A stretch of 64,000 nucleotides of DNA from Planctomycetota bacterium. GTDB taxonomy: Bacteria > Planctomycetota > UBA8108 > SXIK01. The stretch lies in assembly GCA_965223845.1 (NCBI GenBank), contig CBDCXR010000004.1, forward strand, positions 7,392,001 through 7,456,000. Direction: 5' to 3'. The notes below the pieces were generated by a model. The model ran no database searches. It had not been told where the DNA came from and saw only the letters and a list, made by a program, of their open reading frames with translations. Position numbers and translations under genes: made by a program. Below, in pieces: positions 1 to 9,200 of this stretch; the stretch's first letter is position 1; each line of letters opens with the position of its first letter.

Positions 1-1176
1 CCGCCCGACGAACCGAGCTGCGAAGATCGGTGCCGCCGCCACGCTGCGGAGGTCTTCGAGCTCTGCCGCGCGGAAGGGATGCCGGAGGACGTCTGCGTCG
101 AGAAGGCGGAGAACGCGTTTCGCGACTGCGCCGAGCGCTGCGAGGGAGAGCCGCCGGAGCCGACGTGCGAAGAGCGCTGCGAGGAGCGCGCCGGCGGGGC
201 GTTCCGTCGCTGTATCGAAGACGGCGGTGACGAGGAAGAGTGCCGCCGTCGATCGCGCGAGCAGTTCGAGGAGTGCCGCGAGAACTGCGACGATCGACCC
301 CCGCCGCCGACTTGCGATGACGACTGCCTCGAACGCGGTGAGGCGATCTTCCGCGCCTGTCTCGACGCGGGCGGAGGAGAGGAGGACTGCCGGGCCCGCG
401 CCGGAGTGTTCACGAAGCTCTGTCTCGCCCGTTGTTCCGGTGGCCCGCCGTGCGAGGACCGCTGCGCGCTCGCCGCGGAGATCGTGCTCGCCGGCTGCGC
501 CTTCGGCGGACTCCCCGGCGACGCGTGCAAGGAAATCGCGAGCCGCGTGCTCGCGGGCTGCGTGGACGCGTGCGACGTCGAGCCGGAGTCGTGCGAGGAC
601 CGCTGCGCCGTTCGCGTCGAGCGCGCGATCGCGGACTGCGTCGCTCGCGGCGGCGACGGCGAAGCCTGCGCGGCCGAAGGGGAAGAGCTGAAGCGCGAGT
701 GCCTCGCTCGCTGCGATGGCGGCGAGCCGCCGCCGCCGTGCGAAGGTGAGTGCGAGGACAAGGTCGCCGACATTGTCGCGGAGTGCATCGCCCGCGGAAA
801 CTCCGACGAGCGCTGCGCGGCGCTCGGGGAGCGTTTCCTCGAAGAATGCCGCGAGGAGATGGGAGACATCTGTGCCCGCGAGGCGCTCATCGCCGCGGCT
901 TCGTTTCAGCCGTTTGTCCGAGGAGACGCGAACGAAGACTTCGATGTCGATATCTCCGACGCGCTCATGATCCTCGGTCGGCTGTTCCTCGATACTCCAC
1001 CCGGAGCGTGCGACGATGCGTCGGATGCGAATGACGACGGATCGATCAACATCGCCGACGCGATTATGGTGCTCGAGTACCTGTTCTCGGACGTCGTGAC
1101 GGCGCTTCCGGTTCCGCACGGAGCCCGAGGTCAGGATCCGACGGCCGACAGCCTGCTCTGCGCACCCGCGATCTGA
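1..1176 (+). CDS. Cysteine-rich repeat protein with C-terminal dockerin-like domain (5' truncated by window)
   Basis: Frame open from base 1; at least 6 repeats of C-x3-C-x10-C-x9-C-x10-C-x3-C (last degenerate) with Pro-rich linkers; C-terminal FVRGDANED...CDDASDANDDGSINIADA...DPTADSLLC. Confidence 0.85.
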   Translation, partial: PPDEPSCEDRCRRHAAEVFELCRAEGMPEDVCVEKAENAFRDCAERCEGEPPEPTCEERCEERAGGAFRRCIEDGGDEEECRRRSREQFEECRENCDDRPPPPTCDDDCLERGEAIFRACLDAGGGEEDCRARAGVFTKLCLARCSGGPPCEDRCALAAEIVLAGCAFGGLPGDACKEIASRVLAGCVDACDVEPESCEDRCAVRVERAIADCVARGGDGEACAAEGEELKRECLARCDGGEPPPPCEGECEDKVADIVAECIARGNSDERCAALGERFLEECREEMGDICAREALIAAASFQPFVRGDANEDFDVDISDALMILGRLFLDTPPGACDDASDANDDGSINIADAIMVLEYLFSDVVTALPVPHGARGQDPTADSLLCAPAI

Positions 1177-1182
1177 CGACAC

Positions 1183-1226
1183 CCGACGCGCCGCGGTTCC
1201 GCGTGGTCGGAGTCGCGGCGCGTCGG
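1183..1226 (+). terminator. GC-rich stem-loop after the Cys-rich gene (no U-tract)
   Basis: ccgacgcgccgcg...cgcggcgcgtcgg inverted repeat just after the stop codon. Confidence 0.4.
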
Positions 1227-1317
1227 CAAGCGCCGAGAATCCCATGACTTCCCTCGACGTCTCAAAGAGACCGCGGGGCGACTCTCCCGCTTCCGTTCCA
1301 CCCGGACGACGTCCATC

Positions 1318-2568
1318 ATGAATCGCGATTGCGTGAGCTCGGCTTGTCGCTTCGGCGGAGTACTCGTTCTCGTCGTCGTCGGCGGCGTGGCCGCGGGTCA
1401 AGAGGAGAAGACTCTCGAGTCGGCGAAGGGACGATTCGACGCGCTCCGACGAGAGTACAACGTCGCGAGCGGCTCAATTCGGAAGGCCGAAACGGACGAG
1501 AAGCGCAGCGAGGCCGCCGAGGGACTCCAACCGTTCGCGCTTCGGTTCCTCGAGCTGGCGGAGAGGCATCCCGCGGACCCCGACGTCTTCAAGATCCTTC
1601 GCAGTGCGATTCAGGCCTCGGTATCGGCGGACTCGCTCTCACTAACCGCGTGCGAGCTGAACCGGACCTCCCGACCGTCGGCGAGCCGCGATGAGGCCGC
1701 GCGCAAGATCGCAGCGTTCCTACGCCGCAACCATCTCCGAAGCGACAAGATCGTGCCCCTGTGCGAACGGATGCGTTACAGCGTCCGGTGGGAGTTCGCC
1801 GAGTTTCTCGAAACGGTCGTGGCGGAGAGCCCTCACGACGAAGTGCGCGCGGTCGCGACTCTCGCGCTCGCGCAGTTCCTCCGTGCGCGTCTCCACACGC
1901 GCGATCTCGTGGACGATCGACCGGAGTTGATCGAACGCTACGAATCACTGTTCGGCCGCGGGTACGTCCGAACGCTGCGAAAATCGTCCCGCCCGCAACT
2001 GGCCGCGCGGGTCGAAGCGCTGTTTGACAAGGCGGCGGCGTTCGGCGACGTCGAGCTTCCTCACGGTGGGACGGTCGGCGAGCAGGCGAAGGCGGCGCTC
2101 TACGTCCTTCGCCATCTTTCGATCGGTCGGGCGGCGCCGGAGATCGAAGGGGACGACCAAAACGGGAAGAAGTTTCGTCTGAGCGACTACCGGGGCAAGG
2201 TGGTGCTCCTCTATTTTTGGTCCGAGTTCTGACTCATGTGACGGGCCCAATGGCCCCACGAGCGGTCGCTCGTGAAACGACTTCGAGGGAAACCGTTCGC
2301 CTTGGTAGGCGTCAGCGTCGATCCGCCGGGGCGCGAGCCGGAACGACTGAGAGAGTTCATGGCGAAAGAGGACCTCAACTGGCGTACCTTCGTCGACGGC
2401 CGCGTGATCGCGCGGCAATGGAACTCTCCGGCGACGCCGACGTTTTACGTTCTCGATCCCGCGGGTACGATTCGACACAAGTGGGTGGGGAGCCCCGGCG
2501 AGAAGGCCATCGACGCTGCGCTCGAAAAACTGATCCGCGCGACGGAGGACGTCGAAGCCGGACGATGA
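1318..2568 (+). CDS. Exported TlpA/thioredoxin-fold selenoprotein with putative UxxU active site (416 aa; Sec codons 2230-2232 and 2239-2241)
   Basis: ORFs 1318..2232 and 2272..2568 are in the same frame; read-through gives APEIEG..LSDYRGKVVLLYFWSEF-U-LM-U-RAQWPHERSLVKRL..PTFYVLD, with both TGAs at the Cys positions of the TlpA WCxxC motif; N-terminal hydrophobic signal; selC in window. Confidence 0.85.
2243..2274 (+). promoter_or_regulatory. Candidate bacterial SECIS region (two tandem hairpins)
   Basis: GGGCC-caat-GGCCC (2243-2256) and CACGAGC-ggtc-GCTCGTG (2257-2274; G-led apical loop) immediately 3' of the UGA codons. Confidence 0.65.
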
Positions 2569-2636
2569 GCTCCGCCGGATGGTTCGTCGCCGATCGGCTG
2601 ACGCCGCGTCCACTCTTCGTCGTCGAGGTGCACCTC

Positions 2637-4319
2637 ATGTCTCGATCCTTCTTTCTGCTGTCCGCCGTCGTTCTCGCCATGCTCGGCCTTCCCGCTTCCG
2701 AACCGTTCGCCCAGGGCTTCGACCGCCCCGTCGACACGCGCTCGACTCGGTCGATGGTCCTCGGCCGACGCGGAATGGTGGCGACGAGTCAGCCCCTCGC
2801 CGCCGAAGCGGGTATCGCAATTCTCCGGCGCGGCGGGAATGCGTTCGATGCCGCGATCGCTACGGCCGCGGTCCTGAACGTCGTCGAGCCGATGTCGACC
2901 GGAATCGGGGGCGACGCCTTCGTCCTCGCCTGGCCGGCGAAGGAGAAGAAGCTCGTCGGCTTGAACGGGAGCGGGAGATCGTCGACGAAGGCGACGGTGG
3001 AGCACTTTCGCGCGCTTGGATTCGATCGCGTGCCGACCTTCGGGCCGCACTCCGTCACGGTTCCCGGCGCGTTTCACGCCTGGGTGACGCTCCACTCCCG
3101 CTACGGGAAGCTGCCGCTCGCGGACGTGCTCGCCGATGCGGTCCACTACGCCGAGCACGGGTTTCCGGTGAGCGAGATCATCGCCGCGAGCTGGGAAAGT
3201 GGACTGCGACACGCTAGCCGGCCTGAATTTGCACGTACGTACCTCGTCCGCGAGGGCGACGGATATCGCGCGCCGCGAACGGGCGAAGTGTTTCGGCAGC
3301 CGGATTTCGCGCGCACGCTCAAGCAGCTCGGTGAGAAAGGGATCGCCGGCTTCTACGAGGGAGAGCTCGCCGACCGCATCGCGTCGTACCTCAAAACCGA
3401 GGGGAGCCTCATCGCAAAAGAAGATCTCGAACGCCACTCGTCGACCTGGGTCGATCCGGTGAGTACCAGCTACAAGGGATTCGAGCTCGCCGAGCTGCCG
3501 CCGAACGGTCAAGGCATCGTCGCGCTCGAGATTCTCAACATCCTCGAGGGATTCGACGTCGCATCGCTCGGGCACAATTCGGCGGAGTACATCCATCTCT
3601 TCGCGGAGGCGAAGAAGCTCGCCTTTGCCGATCGGGACACCTACGTCACCGATCTCGACGTCCGGAAGCTTCCCGTCGAGACGCTGATCTCGAAGGAATA
3701 CGCCGCGAAGATGCGCGCGCGAATCGATCGCGCGAAAGCCGGCGTGTTCGCGAAGTCGACGCTCGAGGTCGGACCGGACACCGTCTACCTGTGCACCGCG
3801 GATTCCGAGGGCAACCTCGTCAGCTTCATCAACAGCATCTACTACGGCTTCGGGAGCGGACTCGTCGTCCCCGGCACCGGAATCTGCCTCCAGAATCGCG
3901 GCGCACTCTTCTCGCTCGAGCCGGAACACCTCAACCGCGTCGAGCCGTCGAAGCGTCCGCTCCACACGATCATTCCCGCGATGATCATGAAGGACGGTCG
4001 CCCGTGGTTTTGCTTCGGAGTCATGGGGGGCGACATGCAGCCTCAGGGGCACGTACAGGTCTTCCTCAATCTAGTCGAGTTCGGCATGAACCCGCAGGAA
4101 GCCGGAGAAGCGGCGCGCGTGCGGGAAGTCGACGGCGTCGTCGCGGTCGAGAGCGGGATCCCCGAGTCCGTGCGGGAGGCGCTCCGGCGAAAAGGACACC
4201 GCGTCGAGTCGCGTCCCGGAAGCTTCGGGGGGTATCAGGGGATCTTGGTCGATTGGGAGAGGCGGGTTTACTACGGGGCATCGGACAATCGGAAGGACGG
4301 GTGTGCTCTGGGGTACTGA
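2637..4319 (+). CDS. ggt: Gamma-glutamyltransferase, secreted
   Basis: GMVATSQPLA, GGNAFDAAIA, STGIGGDAF, PPNGQG, DTVYL nucleophile Thr, KRPLHTIIP, GVMGGDMQPQGH, DNRKDG; signal peptide from ATG 2637. Confidence 0.92.
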   Translation: MSRSFFLLSAVVLAMLGLPASEPFAQGFDRPVDTRSTRSMVLGRRGMVATSQPLAAEAGIAILRRGGNAFDAAIATAAVLNVVEPMSTGIGGDAFVLAWPAKEKKLVGLNGSGRSSTKATVEHFRALGFDRVPTFGPHSVTVPGAFHAWVTLHSRYGKLPLADVLADAVHYAEHGFPVSEIIAASWESGLRHASRPEFARTYLVREGDGYRAPRTGEVFRQPDFARTLKQLGEKGIAGFYEGELADRIASYLKTEGSLIAKEDLERHSSTWVDPVSTSYKGFELAELPPNGQGIVALEILNILEGFDVASLGHNSAEYIHLFAEAKKLAFADRDTYVTDLDVRKLPVETLISKEYAAKMRARIDRAKAGVFAKSTLEVGPDTVYLCTADSEGNLVSFINSIYYGFGSGLVVPGTGICLQNRGALFSLEPEHLNRVEPSKRPLHTIIPAMIMKDGRPWFCFGVMGGDMQPQGHVQVFLNLVEFGMNPQEAGEAARVREVDGVVAVESGIPESVREALRRKGHRVESRPGSFGGYQGILVDWERRVYYGASDNRKDGCALGY

Positions 4320-4377
4320 GGCCTTTCGGTCGCGGCAGGTGGCGGCGGGGCCTACGGCCCGCTCGATGGACGGTGGG

Positions 4378-4617
4378 GAGATCGCACACGAAGAGCGCGA
4401 AGAACCGCGAAGGAAGAGGAAGTAGAAAGTCATTGAGTGGGGCTGCAGGTTGTTTCATGCCGACGTTTGTGGGAGGTTTCGATGTCTCTGTCCTCGAGGT
4501 AGATCGAAGTTTCGAACGGAACATGATCGTCGAGACTCTGCTCCGCGCGCTCCGCGCTCCCGTCCAAATTCTCTTCGTCTTTCTTCGCGGTTCTTCGCGT
4601 TCTTCGTGTGCAATCTC
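4378..4617. repeat. Inverted-repeat element (about 45 bp arms, about 150 bp spacer)
   Basis: Left arm gagatcgcacacgaagagcgcgaagaaccgcgaaggaagaggaag (4378-4422) matches the reverse complement of 4573-4617 at 41 of 45 positions. Confidence 0.8.
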
Positions 4618-7600
4618 TCTTGTCGATCGGCTCGTCGCGGTTACGGCGATCGGCGTGTTCCTCGGTTTCGCCGGTGTGCCCGTCGCGAGCGCCTCGGACT
4701 TCCGAGTCGGAACCGCGCGCGTCGATGTCACCCCGACCGAGCCGCTCTACCTCGGCGGACACTCCGAACGGGAGATCGAGTTCGAGGGCATCGACAGTGA
4801 GCTCGCCGTGCGAGCGCTCGCGATCGAGGATCCATCCCGACGCGTGAGCGTGATCGTCTCGGTCGAGACCCTCGAGGTTCCCGCCTCGGTGCGCGAACGC
4901 ATTTGCGGATCGATACGCGGTTCGCTCGGAATCTATCGCGCGCGGGTCGCCGTGACCGCGACCGGGACGCACTCGGCGCCGCTTCTCGACGGCGTGCAGC
5001 CGCTCCCCGTCGAGTGGACGCCGCTTGCGCGCGAACGGCGCGCTCGGTACACGCGTCGCGTGACGCAGGCGGCGGTCGAGGCGGTTCGTTCAGCGGTCGA
5101 CGGACTCGCTCCCGCGTCGCTCGGCTGGACCTCGACTCCGTTCCGGCTCGAGACGGAATCGCCCTCCGGGAAAAACGTCGACCGTACGATTCGGTGTCTC
5201 GTTGCTCGATCGTCCGACCAGACGGTTCGCGCGCTTCTCTTCGCGAGCCCGATCTCTCCGCGAACGGCGCGTCCCGAGCGAAACCGCGTGAGCGGCGATT
5301 GGCCGGGCTCGGCGGCGCGGGCGCTCGAGGCGGAGCTCTCCGGCGCGATCGCGCTTCCGCTCGCGAGCTTCGATTCTCAGCCGGTCCCGGCCGCCGACCC
5401 GAGCGGGACATCCCCTCGAATTCTCGGTCGCTCGGTAGCAGCTGCCGTTTCGCTCGCGCTCGGCCGAGCGCGAGCGGACGGAGTGACGGCGATCGCGGGC
5501 GATCTCGACGCGCAGTTTGAGTACGTTCCGCTTCCCTTGGCCCCGCCGTCCACCGAGACGATGGCGGGGCCCGCGCAGCTCTGGGCGTTCGGAAACGGTC
5601 TTCGGCTCGTCTTTGTCGCGGGCGAGCACGCAAGGGAGACGGAGGCTGTTCTTCGCGATGCCGCCGGTGCGTCGGGGGCGTGGATCGTCACGCGCGCGAA
5701 TGCGGCGCTGGGAGCGATTCCACGCCCGGAAGCGGCCGAACGAGAAGGCGCCGCTCTGCCCGAGGGCCAAATCGGATCCGACCATCCCGCGCGGTGGTCG
5801 AAAGACGCGATCCCGACGCTCGCGCGCGCACTGACGCGGCTCGCGGAGAACGTCGGTCGCTCGCGCGTGAAACCACCGCCCGCGCTGTCGCCCGCGGAGG
5901 GTCTCGCGTCGCTCGAGACGCTCGACGGGCTCACCGTCGAACTCGTTGCGAGCGAGCCCGAGGTCGTCGATCCCGTCGCGATCGCATTCGACGCGGAGCT
6001 CCGCCTCTACGCGTGCGAAATGCGGGACTATCCGCTCGGTCCGGGCGACGGCCTCCCGGCCGATGGGCGAGTGCGGCGACTGCTCGACCGCGATCGCGAT
6101 GGCCGGTACGAGGAGTCGACGATCTTCGCCGACAAGGTGCCCTACGCCAACGGGATCGCTTGCTGGCAGGGCGGAGTCTTCGTCACGGCGGAAACGCAGA
6201 TTCTCTACCTCTCGGATTCGACCGGAGACGGGAGCGCCGACGTGCGGCGTGTCGTCGTCGACGGATTCAAGACCGGCAACTCGCAGCACCTTCTCAACAC
6301 TCTCGTTTGGGGTCCCGACCACCGTCTCTACGGTCTCGCGGGGGACGGCGGTTCGGTCCGCATCCCTTTCTTCCCCGATCGACCGCCGGTGAAGCTCGGC
6401 TGGACGAGCTTTCGTTTTGACCCTCGGACGGCGACGGTCGAGCCGGTGACGGGCGGGCGCGGCGGGTACGGAATCGCGTTCACGAAGTGGGGGAGTCGCT
6501 TCGTGTGCAGCAGCACGCGGCACGCGATCCACGTAGTCACCGAGGAGCGGTACCTCGATCGGACTCCGGGCGCACCGGCGCCCGACGTCCATCGCTTCGT
6601 GGCGAGCGATCGCCGCGTCGTGCCGGCGTCGCCGCGTCTCGAACGCTTCAACGATCCTTTCGACGTCGGAATGTTCTCGTCCGCGTGCGGCGTCCACATC
6701 TACGACGGAGACGCACTCCCCGAATCGTCGCGCGGGGGGTTCTTCGTGTGCGAGCCGGTGAGCAATCTCGTCCACCGCGCCGTGCTTCGTCCGCGCGGGG
6801 CGACGTTCACCGTCGAGCGAGTCGAGCCGAACCGCGAGTTCCTCGCGTCGACCGATCCGTGGTTTCGACCCGTGTCGTGTACGAGCGGCCCCGATGGCGC
6901 GCTCTACGTCGTCGACATGTACCGCGAGGTGATCGAGCACCCCGAGTGGATCCCGGCGGACGTGCAGCGCGAGTTCGACCTTCGCAGCGGCATGGATCGC
7001 GGCCGAATCTACCGAGTCTACCGGACGGACGAAAACGTCGCGGCGACCCCCCTTCGCGCGCAGAGGGTCGAAGAGCTAGCGCGCGAGCTTTCGAGTCGAA
7101 TCCGCTGGCGACGCGAGACCGCGGCGCGAAAGTTTCTCGAGCGCTCGGGGTCTGAGCACGAGGTCGAGGCGCTCGAACGAGAGCTCCGGTCTTCACCGGA
7201 TCCGCGGGCGCGCCGCGCCGCGCTCTACGTCCTCGAGGGACGCTCGGAGCTCGACGCGGGAGCGCTCGGGATCGCTCTCCGTGATCCGTCCGCGATCGTC
7301 CGCCGATCGGCCGTCCAGATCGCGGAGCGCGAATGGAAGGGCGACGCGCGCGATCGCACCGCGTCCGAGATCATTGCGCGTGCGATCGCCGCGATCGCGG
7401 AAGATCCGGAGCCGCAGATCCGCTTTCAAGTCGCCCTCAGTCTCGGTGACGCGCCGACGAAGTTTCGCCGTGATCCGCTCCGAAGAATCCTCGCGATCGA
7501 CGCCGGCGACGAGTGGACGCGCGCGGCTGTGCTCCAGTCCTGGCCCGGCGACGTCGCCCCACTCGCCGCGGTCGCGCTCGAGCGAATGAAGAACGGAATC

Positions 7601-8752
7601 GACGGCGGCGGGTCGCTCCTCCGCGACGTCGCGGCGCTCGCAGCGCATCGCGGAGATCGGGCGGACTCGAGGGCACTCCTCCAACTGCTCGCGAACGCGC
7701 CGTCCGGCGTCGATCGAGACGACGCGCTCGAAGTGGTGCTCGGGTCGAGCGGAGTCGACATCTCCCGCCTCTTCCCCGCGGAGAGTCCGACCGCCGTTCG
7801 CATCGCTGCGATCCTCGATGCGAAGGCCGAGGTCGCCGACGATCCCGATCTCCCCGCGGCGGAGCGTGCGCGCGCGCTCGGGTTCGTCGCGCTAGGACGC
7901 GGTGCGGCTGCCGTGGACCGTCTCGAACGCTTTCTCGACGCGCGCCAACCGAGGGAGCTGCAGCGAGCGGCCGTGAACGCGCTCGGTCGTGTTTCGGGCG
8001 AGGCGCGCGCGCGGGTTACGGCGGTCTTTCTCGCGCTCCGAGGCACACTCACACCGGAGATTCGCGCGGCGGCCTTCGACGTGCTTCTCGCTGATCGAGA
8101 GCGCGTCGCCGCCGTCGTCGACGCCCTCGAACGCGGCGATCTCTCGCTCGCCGAGCTGGGCGTTCGCAATCGCCAGCGTCTCGGGCAGACGCCGGATGAC
8201 GAGCTGCGGGCGCGTGTGAGCGCGCTCGTCGAGCGTTCGGGCGAGCGAGCGGCGCGCGAGGAAGTCGTCGAGCGCTATCGACGAGCCATCACGGCGCTGG
8301 ACACTCGGCCCGGGGACCGTGCGCGCGGCGCGGAGTTCTTCAGGGCGAAGTGTTCCACTTGCCATCTGCGCGGGGGCGTCGGCGAAGCTGTCGGCCCGGA
8401 TCTCGACGGCACCCATCAGAAATCGATCGACGCCCTCCTCATCGACATTCTGGATCCGAATCGAGGAGCCGAAGCACGCTACGCGGGCTACTCGGTCGCG
8501 ACGGCGAACGGCGACATCGTGAGCGGCCTTCTCCTCGCGGAGACTCCCGCCGCGATCATCGTGCGAAGTCCCGGGGGCGACACGCACCGCATTTCGCGCG
8601 CTGACGTCGAGGATCTTTCGAGCACGGGAATGAGCCTCATGCCGGAAGGGCTCGAAGAGGAGCTCGCGCCGCGCGACGTTCGGGATGTGATCGAGTTCTT
8701 GCGTGGACCGGTCAGCGAATCGGGTCGTCCCGGCGCGCCGAATCGCCCGTGA
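4523..8752 (+). CDS. PVC-type heme-binding CxxCH protein (propeller dehydrogenase-like + HEAT + cytochrome c) with N-terminal ceramidase-like domain; start uncertain
   Basis: DFRVGTARVDVTP..LGG N-domain; VELVASEPEVVDPVAIAFD, WFRPV, GPDGALYVVDMYREVIEHP, RGRIYRV; C-terminal CSTCH, GPDL, SLMPEGLE. The upstream part of ORF 3791 overlaps ggt and is spurious. Confidence 0.85.
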   Translation: MIVETLLRALRAPVQILFVFLRGSSRSSCAISLVDRLVAVTAIGVFLGFAGVPVASASDFRVGTARVDVTPTEPLYLGGHSEREIEFEGIDSELAVRALAIEDPSRRVSVIVSVETLEVPASVRERICGSIRGSLGIYRARVAVTATGTHSAPLLDGVQPLPVEWTPLARERRARYTRRVTQAAVEAVRSAVDGLAPASLGWTSTPFRLETESPSGKNVDRTIRCLVARSSDQTVRALLFASPISPRTARPERNRVSGDWPGSAARALEAELSGAIALPLASFDSQPVPAADPSGTSPRILGRSVAAAVSLALGRARADGVTAIAGDLDAQFEYVPLPLAPPSTETMAGPAQLWAFGNGLRLVFVAGEHARETEAVLRDAAGASGAWIVTRANAALGAIPRPEAAEREGAALPEGQIGSDHPARWSKDAIPTLARALTRLAENVGRSRVKPPPALSPAEGLASLETLDGLTVELVASEPEVVDPVAIAFDAELRLYACEMRDYPLGPGDGLPADGRVRRLLDRDRDGRYEESTIFADKVPYANGIACWQGGVFVTAETQILYLSDSTGDGSADVRRVVVDGFKTGNSQHLLNTLVWGPDHRLYGLAGDGGSVRIPFFPDRPPVKLGWTSFRFDPRTATVEPVTGGRGGYGIAFTKWGSRFVCSSTRHAIHVVTEERYLDRTPGAPAPDVHRFVASDRRVVPASPRLERFNDPFDVGMFSSACGVHIYDGDALPESSRGGFFVCEPVSNLVHRAVLRPRGATFTVERVEPNREFLASTDPWFRPVSCTSGPDGALYVVDMYREVIEHPEWIPADVQREFDLRSGMDRGRIYRVYRTDENVAATPLRAQRVEELARELSSRIRWRRETAARKFLERSGSEHEVEALERELRSSPDPRARRAALYVLEGRSELDAGALGIALRDPSAIVRRSAVQIAEREWKGDARDRTASEIIARAIAAIAEDPEPQIRFQVALSLGDAPTKFRRDPLRRILAIDAGDEWTRAAVLQSWPGDVAPLAAVALERMKNGIDGGGSLLRDVAALAAHRGDRADSRALLQLLANAPSGVDRDDALEVVLGSSGVDISRLFPAESPTAVRIAAILDAKAEVADDPDLPAAERARALGFVALGRGAAAVDRLERFLDARQPRELQRAAVNALGRVSGEARARVTAVFLALRGTLTPEIRAAAFDVLLADRERVAAVVDALERGDLSLAELGVRNRQRLGQTPDDELRARVSALVERSGERAAREEVVERYRRAITALDTRPGDRARGAEFFRAKCSTCHLRGGVGEAVGPDLDGTHQKSIDALLIDILDPNRGAEARYAGYSVATANGDIVSGLLLAETPAAIIVRSPGGDTHRISRADVEDLSSTGMSLMPEGLEEELAPRDVRDVIEFLRGPVSESGRPGAPNRP

Positions 8753-8837
8753 ATCTTCGCGACTCACTGCGGTTGGAACGATGGGTGGGAACGTTTCCCG
8801 CTCGTTCCGCCGTCCCGAGCCGGAAGGAGGATTCACA

Positions 8838-9200
8838 GTGTACGCAATCTGGACATACTCGGCTTACCTCGTCATCAGCATCGGACTCACCATCTGGGTC
8901 GTGCGTACGCTTCACCGAAACGGTCACGTGTTCCTTCTCAAGTCGCTCGGCAGCGAAGATCTCGCGGCCTCGGTGAATCATCTGCTCGTCGTCGGCTTCT
9001 ATCTCCTCAACATCGGATTCGTCGCGCTCGCGCTCGAGTACGGGGTGAAGCCGACCGACGTCGCGGAGTCGATCGAGTTCGTGAGCACGAAGGTCGGCTG
9101 GGTTCTCGTCGTGCTCGGCGCGATTCACTTCGCCAACCTGTGGATCTTCGCCAAGCTGATGCGGCGTTCGCGCGAAAACGCGGCCGCGGCGGCGGCCTAG
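8838..9200 (+). CDS. Small integral membrane protein (3 TM)
   Basis: GGAGG then GTG at 8838; hydrophobic helices, NHLLVVGFYLLNIG motif. Confidence 0.75.
   Translation: MYAIWTYSAYLVISIGLTIWVVRTLHRNGHVFLLKSLGSEDLAASVNHLLVVGFYLLNIGFVALALEYGVKPTDVAESIEFVSTKVGWVLVVLGAIHFANLWIFAKLMRRSRENAAAAAA

Noticed and set aside
1318-2568. Pseudogene or genome-wide TGA reassignment as the explanation of the split TlpA gene
   Set aside because: Both stops hit exactly the two catalytic positions, a SECIS-like hairpin and selC are present, and TGA terminates many conserved genes normally (atpB, atpD, metF)
3791-4522. N-terminal ~240 aa of the 1653-aa ORF
   Set aside because: Overlaps ggt in another frame and a repeat element; Arg/Pro-rich shadow sequence
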